The notes under the pieces were generated by a model. That model saw only the letters and a program-made list of their open reading frames with translations, was not told the DNA's origin and did no database searches. Shown piece by piece: positions 62,765 to 64,000 of a DNA stretch of 64,000 nucleotides. Source of the DNA: Eledone cirrhosa (lineage: Eukaryota); the NCBI GenBank assembly GCA_964016885.1, contig OZ024741.1, positions 123,256,001-123,320,000 on the forward strand. Direction: 5' to 3'. The translations under genes and the position numbers were made by a program. Numbering within the stretch: the first letter of the stretch is position 1; every line of letters begins with the position of its first letter.

Positions 62765-62770
62765 ATTATT
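62557..62770 (+). mobile_element. tRNA-derived SINE with (ATT)n tail
   Basis: Homologous to the copies at 30851 and 41812; ends AAAGTAGAAACA followed by (ATT)n and is preceded by attattattatt. Confidence 0.85.
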
Positions 62771-63364
62771 ATTATATAATATATTAGGTTATATAATGGA
62801 AACAGAGCTCTTCAAAGTAATTTATGAAATATCTCAAATTGCCGTGTTGGACCTGAATGTATAATTACTCTTCGAAGGATTCCTTCATATAGAATAAGCA
62901 TATATATATATATGGGTGGAGGGCTGTGTGTGTGTTTGCGCGTGTCTATGTGTTTGTTTGTCTGTGGGTGTGGGTGTGGACATGTGTGAATGGATTTCAT
63001 CATGTAATTAAACTTTCTGTTTACTTACTTTACTGAATTACAGTTTTAATATGCAATTCAATTTTAATGTTTCTGCATACTATCTCTTTAGCTTTGTAAC
63101 TTCTCTAAGAGTATATTCTCTCAGTGAAAGCTTGTAGCCTAGTCTATTGGACTGACGAACATACTTTGATGGGTCCGATACTTACACCGTAAGCCTGTTG
63201 TAGGTTTTGCCATATGTTTCATTTCATGTGGTGTTTCACCATATGGCAGGTGTCACTTATCATTAAAACACCCCAACTTCAGCTAAAGAGGTGTGAGCAG
63301 TAAATTTAATTTTTCACTTTCTTTTCGATATATTTACACTAGTTATTATTTAATTTCCTCAGGG

Positions 63365-63560
63365 TTGGGAGTCGGCAGTATCAGTAGCGCATCGGACACC
63401 CTGCTTCGTGGCATGGAATCACGGCCATTTAGCTTCTGAGTTCAAATCCCGCCGAAGTTAAGTTTGCCTTTCCTCTTTACGGGGTAAATAAAATAATGCA
63501 CGAATCAAGCTCTGGGGTCGATTTAATCGACACTCCACTCCCCCAAAAGTGTTGGTAGTA
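63365..63560 (+). mobile_element. tRNA-derived SINE, related subfamily
   Basis: GGCAGTATCAGTAG, GAGTTCAAATCCCGCCGA, TTTGCCTTTCCTCTTTACGGGGT. Confidence 0.7.
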
Positions 63561-64000
63561 TTAAATAAAGAGTCGATTTGTAGAAAGCACAGGAGTAAAA
63601 ATATCCAGGGGATTCCGAGTTCATTTTACGCCTACATTAAGTTTGATTTTCTGACAACGGTAGGTGCAGTGGTGTCTATTTAATCAAAGATACCTGCTCC
63701 AATATATGTGGATTTTGATCAGAATTCTTCCACTTTTGATTGTTAAGGAATTATTTCACCTGTGACCTTCCTCTCCTCATGTCAGAGCCAATTGTCCAGA
63801 GCTTACCGTTTTTCTTCTCAAATCGAGGTTTTGAGATAACCATATTGGTTTCCAATCCAATACAAAATTCAGGTGTAACTGCCCATTGCTATCGGCACAT
63901 CATAATACGATATTTTGCAAATAGGTTCTTGCGAAATGTAAGAAATTCCTGAGCAGTGTTCCGAGAATGATATGATACCAATACTAAAATAAAGAAATTT

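Overview
This is AT-rich, microsatellite-dense animal genomic DNA. The repeat content suggests a cephalopod, probably octopus, but that is an inference. No intact host gene is visible; the window is almost entirely retroelements. (1) 9.7-30.1 kb holds a head-to-tail array of four Tx1/L1-clade non-LTR retrotransposons on the minus strand, each separated by an (AAT)n tract. All four keep their 5' ends. They share a near-identical ORF2 and 3'UTR but carry two highly diverged 5'UTR+ORF1 modules, and one copy has an intact 1139-aa APE-RT-zinc finger ORF2. (2) At least four lineages of Penelope-like elements (Naiad-like, Neptune-like and two unassigned) occur with inverted pLTRs and minimal type I hammerhead ribozyme motifs, along with several non-coding fold-back derivatives embedded in (TA)n. 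(3) Also present are a Dong/R4-like RT fragment, a decayed RTE LINE, an RTE 3' stub with a (GAA)n tail, tRNA-derived SINEs, a non-autonomous Helitron, a mariner-type MITE and a 7-kb hAT relic with nested insertions. (4) Faint C-type-lectin-like and LDLa-like peptide remnants on the + strand hint at a decayed host receptor gene. Family names come from motif recognition by eye; no database search was run.
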